From: Alphaproteobacteria bacterium
Lineage (GTDB): Bacteria; Pseudomonadota; Alphaproteobacteria; SP197
Length of the DNA: 64,000 nt
Reading direction: 5' to 3'
Assembly (NCBI GenBank): GCA_964291415.2
Contig: OZ219920.1
Span: 1,568,001 to 1,632,000, forward strand
Shown in pieces: positions 47,481 to 58,430 of the stretch. How positions within the stretch are numbered: position 1 is the stretch's first letter; each line of letters begins with the position of its first letter. Under the pieces are notes generated by a model. It searched no databases. It worked only from the letters and a program-made list of their open reading frames with translations, and was not told the DNA's origin. Made by a program: the position numbers and the translations under genes.

Positions 47481-48563
47481 ATGTTCGCCTACATTGTTCG
47501 TCGCCTGCTGCTCATCGCCCCGACGCTGTTGGCCATCATGATGATCAACTTCGTCATCGTGCAGTTCGTGCCGGGCGGGCCTGTCGAACGCATTCTCGCT
47601 GAACTTGAAGGCACGGCTGTCAGCGCCACGGCACGGGTTGCAGGCTCCGGCAGCGAGGTCCAGACCGCAGGCGAATCGCTCTACCGCGGGGCCCAGGGAC
47701 TGCCGGACGGCTTTGTCGAGAAACTTGAAAGGATGTACGGCCTCGACAAGCCACCGGTCGAACGCTTCCTCCTGATGATGGAGAACTATCTCACCTTCGA
47801 CTTCGGAGAGAGCGCCTTCCGGAGCCGGCGCGTCGTCGATCTCATTATCGAGAAGATGCCCGTCTCGATTTCCCTTGGACTGTGGACAACGCTCGTCGTC
47901 TACATCGTCTCCATCCCCTTGGGAATCGCCAAGGCACGGCGCGACGGAAGCGCCTTCGACGTGTGGACAAGCGGCACCATTATCCTGGGGTATGCCATTC
48001 CGGGATTCCTGTTCGCCATCCTTCTCGTGGTGCTGTTCGCCGGCGGATCCTACTGGAAGCTCTTTCCGCTGCGTGGTCTCGTTTCTCCGGGTTTCGAGGA
48101 CATGAGCACCCTGGGCCAGATCGCAGACTACTTCTGGCACCTGGCACTGCCCCTGACGGCCCTCATCATCGGCAGCTTCGCCACGCTGACCATGCTCACC
48201 AAGAACTCCTTCATCGACCAGATCCGGAGCCAGTACGTCACGACAGCGCGCGCCAAGGGGCTGAGCGAGCAGCGGGTCCTCTACGGCCATGTGTTCCGCA
48301 ACGGCATGCTGATCATCATCGCCGGCTTTCCCGGGGCCATCATCGGCATTCTCTTTACCGGCGCACTCCTGATCGAGATCATCTTCTCGCTCGACGGCCT
48401 TGGCCTGCTCGGCTACGAGGCGGCGATTGACCGGGATTATCCGGTCATGTTCGCAACTCTCTACATCTTTACCCTTCTTGGTCTCGTCATGAATCTCGTC
48501 GGCGACCTGATGTACGTCATCGTTGACCCGCGCATCGACTTCGAAAGCCGGGACGTCGGATGA
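47481..48563 (+). CDS. yejB: Peptide ABC permease YejB
   Basis: Motifs YIVRRLLL..PT, QFVPGGPVE, TKNSF, TARAKGL and DPRIDF. Confidence 0.9.
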   Translation: MFAYIVRRLLLIAPTLLAIMMINFVIVQFVPGGPVERILAELEGTAVSATARVAGSGSEVQTAGESLYRGAQGLPDGFVEKLERMYGLDKPPVERFLLMMENYLTFDFGESAFRSRRVVDLIIEKMPVSISLGLWTTLVVYIVSIPLGIAKARRDGSAFDVWTSGTIILGYAIPGFLFAILLVVLFAGGSYWKLFPLRGLVSPGFEDMSTLGQIADYFWHLALPLTALIIGSFATLTMLTKNSFIDQIRSQYVTTARAKGLSEQRVLYGHVFRNGMLIIIAGFPGAIIGILFTGALLIEIIFSLDGLGLLGYEAAIDRDYPVMFATLYIFTLLGLVMNLVGDLMYVIVDPRIDFESRDVG

Positions 48564-49599
48564 GGTTCGACAGCCACAGGCTGGACCCCATCTCGCGGCG
48601 GCGCCTGGCCAACTTCAGGGCCAACAGGCGCGGCTACTGGTCGTTCCGGATCTTCCTCGTCCTTTTTGCCTTCACCCTGCCGGCAGAGATGATTGCCAAC
48701 GACCGGCCCCTCGCGGTCTGGTTCGACGGCGCTCTCCACGTACCGGTGCTGACGGTCTATCCCGAGACCGCCTTCGGTGGCGATTTCGAGACCGAGGCAG
48801 ACTACCGCGACCCCTTCGTCAAGGACCTCATCCACGCCGGAGACGGGTGGATCGTATGGCCGCTCATCGCCTACGACTACCGCACCATCAATTACGACCT
48901 CCCGAGTCCGGCGCCCTCCCCTCCGACATCCGAAAACTGGCTGGGAACGGACGATCAGGGCCGTGACGTCGCGGCGCGGGTCATCTACGCCTTTCGCCTT
49001 TCGGTCATCTTCGGTCTCGTCCTGACACTCGTTTCCTCCGTCGTCGGCATCGCCGCCGGTGCGGTCCAGGGCTACTACGGCGGCTGGATCGACCTTCTGG
49101 CACAACGCGCCCTCGAAGTCTGGGGCGGCATACCCGTGCTCTACATCCTCATCATTCTGGCGAGTGTCATCGTTCCCGGATTCTGGACCCTTCTTGGCCT
49201 TCTTGTCCTGTTCTCATGGACGGCACTGGTGGGCCTCGTGCGGGCGGAGTTCCTGCGCACCAGGAACTTCGACTATGTCAAGGCGGCGCGGGCACTGGGA
49301 GTGACCGACAGAGTCATCATGGTGCGCCACGTGCTCCCCAACGCCATGGTGTCGACCCTGACCTTCCTGCCCTTCATCCTCAACGGTTCGATCACCACGC
49401 TCACCGCTCTCGATTTTCTCGGATTCGGCCTGCCGCCGGGTTCGCCGTCGCTTGGAGAATTGCTGAACCAGGGACGCAACAACCTTCAGGCACCGTGGCT
49501 CGGGCTGACGGGTTTTGCCGTCGTGGCACTGATGCTCTCTCTCCTCACCTTCACGGGAGAGGCCGTACGCGATGCCTTCGATCCCCGGAAGTTGCCGTC

Positions 49600-49603
<4 letters not shown>
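48560..49603 (+). CDS. yejE: Peptide ABC permease YejE
   Basis: Motifs FRANRRGYWS, YPETAFGG, LGTDDQGRD and GEAVRDAFDPRK. Confidence 0.9.
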
Positions 49604-51225
<1,622 letters not shown>

Positions 51226-51243
51226 TTTCTGGAGGGAGACATC

Positions 51244-52176
51244 ATGGCACTTCTCTACATGAGCGGACACTGCGACGGTCCGGTGTGGGAGGCATGTCTC
51301 GCTCCCCATTCTCCCGGCCTCGATTTTCGCATCCACCCCGACAGCGGCTCGCCCGAAGACATCGACGCGGCCCTGGTCTGGAACCATCCGCTTGACGATC
51401 TGGCGCGCTTTCCCCGTCTCAGGCTCGTCATGTCCCTTGGCGCCGGCGTCGACCATATCATGGAGTCACGTCATCTCGTTCCCGATGGCGTCGCCCTGAC
51501 ACGCATCGTCGATCCCGCCATGACCGCGCAGATGACCGGCTGGTGCGTCATGGTGATGCTCGACCACCTGCGCCGCATGGAAGACTACCGCCAGCTTCAC
51601 CGGGAGCGGCGTTACGAGGAGCTCGAGGTCGCGCTGCCGCGTGATGTCACGGTGGGCATCCTGGGACTCGGCGTGCTTGGCGGGGACTGCGCCCGCGTCA
51701 TCGCGGCGATGGGATACCGGGTCAGGGGATGGAGCAGGTCGCCGCATGAGATCGATGGCGTGACCTGCCATTCCGGACATGAAGCGCTCGAGAGCTTTCT
51801 TGCCCCCTGTGACGTCGTGATCTGCCTGTTGCCGCTCACCAGAGAGACCGAAGGCATCCTGAATGCCCGCACGATGTCCTGGATGAAGAGGGGAGCCTTT
51901 CTCATCAACGCAGCACGCGGTGGCCATGTCGTGGAAGAGGATCTCGTACGGGCGATCGACGATGGCCATCTCGCCGGCGCCACGCTCGATGTCCAGCGCC
52001 AAGAACCCATGCCTGACGACCACCCGTTCTGGTACCACCCGAAGATCCTGACCTTTCCGCACATCGCGGCCCTGACCGTGCCGGAAACCAGCGCTCCCCA
52101 GATTGCCGAGAACTGCCGGCGGCTGCACACCGGCGAACCCTTGATCAATGTCGTGGACCTCGACCGCGGCTACTGA
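51244..52176 (+). CDS. ghrA: D-2-hydroxyacid dehydrogenase (glyoxylate/hydroxypyruvate reductase A-like)
   Basis: Motifs GAGVDH, GLGVLG, LLPLT.ET, NAARG, EP.P..HPFW and PHIA. Confidence 0.85.
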   Translation: MALLYMSGHCDGPVWEACLAPHSPGLDFRIHPDSGSPEDIDAALVWNHPLDDLARFPRLRLVMSLGAGVDHIMESRHLVPDGVALTRIVDPAMTAQMTGWCVMVMLDHLRRMEDYRQLHRERRYEELEVALPRDVTVGILGLGVLGGDCARVIAAMGYRVRGWSRSPHEIDGVTCHSGHEALESFLAPCDVVICLLPLTRETEGILNARTMSWMKRGAFLINAARGGHVVEEDLVRAIDDGHLAGATLDVQRQEPMPDDHPFWYHPKILTFPHIAALTVPETSAPQIAENCRRLHTGEPLINVVDLDRGY

Positions 52177-53237
52177 TCGGGGATGACATCCGCTACCGGG
52201 ACGTCCGAAAGGTCGAGTCCGGCTTCCGCGTAGTAGGCGGCCGCGCCGGGATGCAACGGCACGGCCGCGCCAAGCAGTGCATTGGAGAGCTTCATCTGTC
52301 GCGCCGCGGGATGTCCGGAGGCCAGTCGCTCACCGTTGTTGGGGTGCCACAGCGCCCGCGTGATCCGGTAGACCAGGTCGTCAGGCGCGGCTTGTGTCAC
52401 GATCCACTGCACGCCGATTGCCAGCGTGGTGACATGGGAAAGACCCGGATAGGACCCTTCCGGAACCACCGACAGGGAAAAGAAGGGATGATCAACGAGA
52501 AGGCCAAGCGCATGTTCCGCAGGGATCGGCAGGAGATCGGCGATTCCTTCCTCGACAAGGTCGAACACGGAGTTGGCCGGATAACCGGCGATGACGAAGA
52601 GTCCGTCGAGATCGCCCGCTCTCATCATGGAGACGGCCGGTCCATGCTTGATGTAGCGGACATCGAGATCGGCATCGCCAAGACCGTAGGACTCGAGAAT
52701 GATTCGTGCGGCAACCAGCGTCCCCGATCCCTCGACATCCAGCGATATCCGCTTGCCGGTCAGGTCCGGGACAGAAGCAATGCCGGCATCGCGTCTGACG
52801 ACGATGTGGATGACCTCGGGATAAAGGCTGCCGATCAACCGCAACTGCTGCCGTGGATCGCTGCCGGCAAAGATGCCGGTCCCCGTGTAGGCCCAGTAAA
52901 CGACGTCCGATTGGGAAAACCCCGATTCCACGTCGCCTGAGACGACCGATCCGATGTTCTCGACCGCGCCTTCCGACGACAGGGCCGTCGCCAGAAGCCC
53001 GGGCACGCAGCGGCCGCCATCCTCCTCGCAGTCCGGCACCCCCGGCGGACCGGAAATGACCGTGGCCACGAGTGCACCCACCGGAAAGAAGGTCCCGGCT
53101 GTGCCGCCGGTTGCAATGCGAAAGAATGTCAGGTCGGCTTCAGCCAGAAGTGCTGACGGCACCAGCGCTGCCATGATGCCACCGGCTCCCGTCGCGAGCG
53201 CCGACCGGCGTGGCATTCCCGATACCGGCTTGACCAT
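52170..53237 (-). CDS. TAXI-family TRAP solute-binding protein
   Basis: Tat-like RRSAL leader plus IATGGTAGTFF, QSDV, LYPE, GSGT and PLHPGA..YY. Confidence 0.88.
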   Translation of the reverse strand: MVKPVSGMPRRSALATGAGGIMAALVPSALLAEADLTFFRIATGGTAGTFFPVGALVATVISGPPGVPDCEEDGGRCVPGLLATALSSEGAVENIGSVVSGDVESGFSQSDVVYWAYTGTGIFAGSDPRQQLRLIGSLYPEVIHIVVRRDAGIASVPDLTGKRISLDVEGSGTLVAARIILESYGLGDADLDVRYIKHGPAVSMMRAGDLDGLFVIAGYPANSVFDLVEEGIADLLPIPAEHALGLLVDHPFFSLSVVPEGSYPGLSHVTTLAIGVQWIVTQAAPDDLVYRITRALWHPNNGERLASGHPAARQMKLSNALLGAAVPLHPGAAAYYAEAGLDLSDVPVADVIPDQ

Positions 53238-53540
53238 CTCCTGTTTCCCTCTTGCCGCCAGAAGCGCTGCCAACTCCCCCCTTCTACTCTACGACAGCAG
53301 GCCTTCAACGTCATGCGGCCTTCAACGACGCTTGCACATGACGGGATCGGCCTTGTCTGACGTGATTTCGGCCAGGTCCGTTGAACCGGAGCGATTGGGA
53401 CACCGGCTTTTGTCATGTCCATTTCCTGATCCCGGGTATGGCAGGACCAGCCGAACAGTTGGAAACTGGCGTCGGGTGCAACCGGTGAGGTTCCCGCAAC
53501 GCGCGGACATGGCGCCAGTCATGTTCGCGAGGGACATGAC

Positions 53541-55070
53541 ATGACGACAGCAGGTGACAGGCGGCGTTCCGGGCGACGTGGCAGGAGACCCCCCAAATCC
53601 ACGGCTGCGTTGACGCCGACGAGGCGGCGCATGCCTGCCTTTGAGCCTTTCGGCGAGGACGTGCTCGAAGCCATCGAGAGCCAGGCCGACTGGATTCTCG
53701 ACACCATCGGCATCGACTTTCGCGGAGACGACGTCGCGCTGGCGCTCTTCCGGTCGGCGGGAGCGCGTATCGAGAACCAGCGTGTCAGGATGGAGCCGGG
53801 TCAGGCGCGCGCACTGTGTCGATCCGCACCGGAGACTTTCGTGCTTCATGCACGCGATCCGCGGCGAAGCATCACGCTGGGCGGCGATCACGTGGTGCTG
53901 ATGCCAGGCTACGGTTCGCCTTTCGTCACCGATCTTGACCGCGGGAGGCGCTATGCCTCACTCGAGGATTTCAGGAACTTCGTGCGGCTCACGTTCATGA
54001 CGCCGTGGCTCGCTCACTCCGGCGGCACCGTGTGCGAACCTGTCGACATCCCTGTCAACAAGCGCCATCTCGACATGACGCTGGCCCACCTCACGCTCTC
54101 CGACAAACCCTTCATGGGCGCGGTGACCGCACCTGATCGTGCGCGCGATTCGATCGACATGGCCCGCATCGTCTTCTCTCCGCAGGTGATGGAGGAGAAC
54201 GCCGTCATCCAGGCCAACATCAATGTCAACTCCCCGCTCGTCTACGACGCCGGCATGTCGGGGGCTCTCAGAGTCTACGCCGGGGCCAACCAGTGCGTCG
54301 CGGTCTCTCCCTCGGTCATCGGCGGCGCCATGGGCCCGCTCACACCTGCGGCAATCTGCGCCCAGACACTGGCTGAGGGCATGGCGGGGATCGCGCTCGC
54401 CCAGCTTGTTCGCCCGGGGTGCCCCTGTGTCCTCGGAAGTTTCCATGCCACCATGAACCTGAAATCAGGCGCCCTGACCTTTGGTACACCCGAAGCCAAC
54501 CTCGTGACACTTGCCCTGGCACAGCTCGGCCGCAGGCTTCGCGTTCCCGTGCGCTCCGGAGGTGGTCAGATCTCGGCTTCCAACACGCCTGACGGGCAGG
54601 CGATGCAGGACAGCACCAGCGCCATGTGGGCCACAATGATATCCGGCGCCCACCAGATCTGGCACGCCGCAGGATGGCTCGAGGCCGGACTCACGATGTC
54701 TTACGAGAAGTTCGTCATGGATGTCGATCACTGCGGCATGATGCTCCGCATGCTCCAGGGTTTCCGCGCCGAAGGCGAAGACCTGGCAGCCGACGCCTAC
54801 CTGGAGGCCGCCCCGGGCCAGACCCACCTGGCAACGGCCCACACACTGCGCCAGTACCAGAGTGCGAACTTCATGCCCGGGATACCGGAACCCGGCCCCT
54901 GGGAGGCCTGGTCCGCTGACGGATCCAGGCGCGTGGAGGAACGGGCCAACGCCGTCTGGAAGACGATGCTGGACTCCTACGAGGCGCCATCGATCGATGT
55001 TGCGGTCGCCGAGGCCCTCCGCGACTTCGTCGCCTGGCGCAAGTCATCGATGGAGGATGCGTGGTACTGA
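53541..55070 (+). CDS. MttB-superfamily trimethylamine/betaine:corrinoid methyltransferase (non-pyrrolysine)
   Basis: Motifs GYGSPF..DLD.GRR, SGGTVCEP.D, SDKPFMG, NVNSPL, FGTPE, RSGG and HAAGWLE.GL..SYEKF. No in-frame UAG. Confidence 0.9.
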   Translation: MTTAGDRRRSGRRGRRPPKSTAALTPTRRRMPAFEPFGEDVLEAIESQADWILDTIGIDFRGDDVALALFRSAGARIENQRVRMEPGQARALCRSAPETFVLHARDPRRSITLGGDHVVLMPGYGSPFVTDLDRGRRYASLEDFRNFVRLTFMTPWLAHSGGTVCEPVDIPVNKRHLDMTLAHLTLSDKPFMGAVTAPDRARDSIDMARIVFSPQVMEENAVIQANINVNSPLVYDAGMSGALRVYAGANQCVAVSPSVIGGAMGPLTPAAICAQTLAEGMAGIALAQLVRPGCPCVLGSFHATMNLKSGALTFGTPEANLVTLALAQLGRRLRVPVRSGGGQISASNTPDGQAMQDSTSAMWATMISGAHQIWHAAGWLEAGLTMSYEKFVMDVDHCGMMLRMLQGFRAEGEDLAADAYLEAAPGQTHLATAHTLRQYQSANFMPGIPEPGPWEAWSADGSRRVEERANAVWKTMLDSYEAPSIDVAVAEALRDFVAWRKSSMEDAWY

Positions 55071-55106
55071 CATCAGCCGCCTGTCGGAAACACGAAGGAT
55101 TCCGTC

Positions 55107-56300
55107 TCACAGGACAACGAAGCCGGCGATGCCGGCGAGCAGCACGACCGCCCAGGCGGGTGCCTTCCAGACGGCGATCGCCACGAAGGAGGCCGCGGCG
55201 ATGGCAGTCGCCAGAGGTGAAATGAGGCCGGCGGAGAGGATCGGGTCATAGAACACGGCGGCGAGGAGTCCCACCACCGCGGCGTTGACTCCGGCAAAGG
55301 CGCGCCGGGCCGTGGGCGCGCGGCGCAAGAGCCCCTGAAAGTGCAGGCCGCCGACAATGAGAAGGGCCGAGGGGATGAAAATCGCCACCAGCGCAATCAG
55401 CGCCGCCAGAGCGGACGGTGGTGACTCCGTCACGGCGCCAAGGTAGGCGGCGAAGGTAAACAGCGGTCCGGGAATCGCCTGCGCAGCACCGTAACCCGCC
55501 AGGAAGGCCTCACGGTCAACCATGCCGGTGTCGACCACCTCGGCCTCGAGGAGAGGCAAGACAACGTGGCCGCCGCCGAAGACCATCGAACCTGCGCGAT
55601 AGAACGCATCGACGAGAGGCCATGGGCCCTCGCCAATGAAGCCGGACGCCACCGGAAGAGCCAGGAGAAGAAGGAAGAAGACCAGCAGGGCCAGGATGGC
55701 AACCGGCCGGCCAACGGGAACCTCCATCGGCCCTTCCCCATCCTGCGCCGGTTCATCCCGCAACCAGACGAGACCGGCAAGCCCTCCCCCGACGATGACC
55801 AACAGTTGCCCGGTGGCGAAAGGAATCAGCATGGCGCCAATCATGCCGGCGACCGCAATCGTCGCCCGCTTGCTGTCCGGCGCCAGGCTGCGCGCCATGC
55901 CGATGAGCGCATGGGCGACGACCGCCACCGCGGCGGCCTTCAATCCGTGGATCCAGCCGGTACCCAGAGCCGCTTCGAGTTCCCCCGCACCGAAGGCGAA
56001 GGCGGTGAGAATGAGCGCCGACGGGAGCGTGAATCCAAGCCACGCCGCCAGCAGCCCGCCATAGCCGGCGCGCATGAGCCCGATCGCCATCCCGACCTGA
56101 CTCGAGGCGGGACCGGGAAGGAGCTGCCCCAGCGCGACAAGGTCGCCATAGACCCTGTCGTTCATCCACTGGAGCCGCACAACAAAGGCCTCGCGAAAGT
56201 AGCCGAGATGGGCCACAGGCCCCCCGAAGGACGTCAGCCCCAGAAGGAGAAAGACGCGGAAGACCTCAAGCGGCGAACCGCGTTTACGTCCGGACGTCAT
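55107..56300 (-). CDS. chrA: Chromate efflux transporter (CHR family)
   Basis: Motifs LGLTSFGGPVAH, LPGPASSQ, FGGGHVVLP and AIPGPLFT. Confidence 0.92.
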   Translation of the reverse strand: MTSGRKRGSPLEVFRVFLLLGLTSFGGPVAHLGYFREAFVVRLQWMNDRVYGDLVALGQLLPGPASSQVGMAIGLMRAGYGGLLAAWLGFTLPSALILTAFAFGAGELEAALGTGWIHGLKAAAVAVVAHALIGMARSLAPDSKRATIAVAGMIGAMLIPFATGQLLVIVGGGLAGLVWLRDEPAQDGEGPMEVPVGRPVAILALLVFFLLLLALPVASGFIGEGPWPLVDAFYRAGSMVFGGGHVVLPLLEAEVVDTGMVDREAFLAGYGAAQAIPGPLFTFAAYLGAVTESPPSALAALIALVAIFIPSALLIVGGLHFQGLLRRAPTARRAFAGVNAAVVGLLAAVFYDPILSAGLISPLATAIAAASFVAIAVWKAPAWAVVLLAGIAGFVVL

Positions 56301-57550
56301 GTTTCCTTGCAGGCCCGGGCGGCACGCCTGCCGGAGAGAACAGCTCCCTCGATCGTGGCCGGAAGCCCCGTATCCGTCCAGTCACCGGCAAGGTACAGGT
56401 TGTCGAACTCCGTGCGGGTTCCGGGACGCAAGGCGATGGTGTCGGGGTCCTGCGAGATCGTTGCCCGGCGTTCCTTGATGACGCGCCAGGGAGGCAGCGC
56501 ATGCGGATCGGCATCGAGAACTGCAGCCACATCACGCCATGCCGTCGCCGCGATATCGTCCAATGGCCGACGAATCATGTCATTAGCCGCACTGACTGTG
56601 ACGGACAGGACCTGGTCTCGTACAAAAATCCACTGAACCATGCCTCCAATCAGTCCGACAAACGGATGGCCACCAGGAAGCACAACCGGCCCGGGCAGTC
56701 GGAAATGGACATTGACGATCCCCTGATGCCTGAGCGGAACCTCAAGGCCCGCCACGAGGTCGCCGACGACCGATGGAGGCAGGGCAAGAATCACGCTGTC
56801 TTCCTGCATCACTGTGATGCTGTTCGCGGCAAAGTCGAGTCGTTCCACCCTGCCGGCTGCCGTGTGCAACCCGCACAGCCGGCTGGACAGCCTGACGTCG
56901 ACACCCTTGTGCGCGAGGTATCCCAGAGCCGGATCAACGAAGGTGGCCGAGAGCGATTGCCCGGCGACGAGAGGACGGCACCAGGACTCTCCCTTCATGA
57001 AGGTCCTCATGAGCGCCTGGCGCAACAGTCCCGCCGAAGCTTCCGCAAGCGGCGTGTTGAGAACCGCCACGGTCAGAGGTTCCCAGAAACACGTCACGAG
57101 CCTTCCGGATTGCCCCACGCACTCCGCCACTGTCCGGCTGTCGCTGGCGGTGAGGACAGAAAGTGCGGAGAGGTAGTGGGCCGGCGCGGTCAGTGGAACC
57201 CGGCGTCGCGGATCGAGAATCCACCACGGAAGCCGTCCCTTGCCGGGCCGCACGGTCCACTGTCGCGCGTCATCCAACTCGACAAATGGATATGCGGCCG
57301 GAACCGGTCCCCTGACCTCATCGGCCGCACCGATGGTTTCGAGGTACGCCAGGGCGTGGCGGTTGCCTGTCATCAACAGGTGATTGCCGTTGTCAATCCG
57401 ACACTTGAGGCGGGAATCAAGAAGAGACCGGCATCGTCCCCCGGCCTGTGCGGCTGCCTCGTGGAGCACCACCCGCTTCCCATCGCCCGCCAGGGAAACG
57501 GCGGCCGAAAGACCTGCGAGGCCGGCACCGACAATGTGGATCACGGGCAC
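56297..57550 (-). CDS. hpnE: Hydroxysqualene dehydroxylase HpnE (squalene-associated FAD oxidoreductase)
   Basis: Motifs GAGLAGL, GGRCRS, IDNGNHLL, IKERRAT and LAGDWT.TGLPATIEGAV.SG. Confidence 0.9.
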   Translation of the reverse strand: MPVIHIVGAGLAGLSAAVSLAGDGKRVVLHEAAAQAGGRCRSLLDSRLKCRIDNGNHLLMTGNRHALAYLETIGAADEVRGPVPAAYPFVELDDARQWTVRPGKGRLPWWILDPRRRVPLTAPAHYLSALSVLTASDSRTVAECVGQSGRLVTCFWEPLTVAVLNTPLAEASAGLLRQALMRTFMKGESWCRPLVAGQSLSATFVDPALGYLAHKGVDVRLSSRLCGLHTAAGRVERLDFAANSITVMQEDSVILALPPSVVGDLVAGLEVPLRHQGIVNVHFRLPGPVVLPGGHPFVGLIGGMVQWIFVRDQVLSVTVSAANDMIRRPLDDIAATAWRDVAAVLDADPHALPPWRVIKERRATISQDPDTIALRPGTRTEFDNLYLAGDWTDTGLPATIEGAVLSGRRAARACKET

Positions 57551-57562
57551 GGGACCTGGCCT

Positions 57563-58402
57563 TCAAAGGAGCCCGTATCTGAGTGCAAGCCATACCAGAC
57601 GCACCTTCGGCGGCTTCACCGGAACATCGAGCCGATGCCAGCCCCGCTGTTCCAGGAGATCGAGGATTTCGCTGTAGACTTTCATCATGGCCACAATCGG
57701 CCTGATGCGCCGCCGGCCTATCTCGCCCAGAAGCCGGTCCGCTTCCACGTAGTGGCGCCGCGCCATCGACGCCAGTTCGGAGCAGACGCCAGAGAAGGCC
57801 GGGTGCTTCAGGACCTCGCCTGGAGAGGCATCCCTGATGCCGTGCTTCGCCAGGATATCCCTTGGGACATACAACCGTCCCTCTTTCGCGTCGTCCTCAA
57901 GATCACGCAGGATGTTTGTGATCTGGAAGGCGTTTCCCATGGTCTGTGCCATGACCGGCCCAGGGTGTCCGGAGATACCGAAGACATGGATGATGAGCAT
58001 TCCGACCGCTCCCGCCACGCGGCGGCAGTAGGCGAACAGATCATCGGTTGCTGCCATTTCCACTCCCGGGGCAACATCCGTTTCCATGCCATCGATGATC
58101 GCCAGAAATTCTTCCCTGGGAAGTTCAAAGCGCCTGACCGCCGGATCAAGCGCAAGGGCGGTCGGCATGGTGGGAGTGCCGCCATAGAGACGGCCGATCT
58201 CCTCGCGCCAGGCGTTGAGAGCAGCCATCCTGGAGGCCACGTCGCCCGGAGTGTCCGCAATGTCATCGACTTCCCGGCAGAAGGCATAGATCGCATACAT
58301 GGCACGCCGGCGCTCCGGCGCAATCACCTTCATGCTCCACAAGAATGATGTGCCGGAACGTGCAAGAACACCGTGGACGTGTTTCCAGGGGTCGTCGGTC
58401 AC
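57563..58402 (-). CDS. hpnD: Presqualene diphosphate synthase HpnD
   Basis: SGTSF, YAFCREVDDIAD, YCRRVAGAVG, QITNILRD..ED...GRLY.P. Start uncertain (GTG 58402 or CTG 58420). Confidence 0.85.
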   Translation of the reverse strand: MTDDPWKHVHGVLARSGTSFLWSMKVIAPERRRAMYAIYAFCREVDDIADTPGDVASRMAALNAWREEIGRLYGGTPTMPTALALDPAVRRFELPREEFLAIIDGMETDVAPGVEMAATDDLFAYCRRVAGAVGMLIIHVFGISGHPGPVMAQTMGNAFQITNILRDLEDDAKEGRLYVPRDILAKHGIRDASPGEVLKHPAFSGVCSELASMARRHYVEADRLLGEIGRRRIRPIVAMMKVYSEILDLLEQRGWHRLDVPVKPPKVRLVWLALRYGLL

Positions 58403-58430
58403 GACAGTCTCGGTACTCAGGACATGAGCC

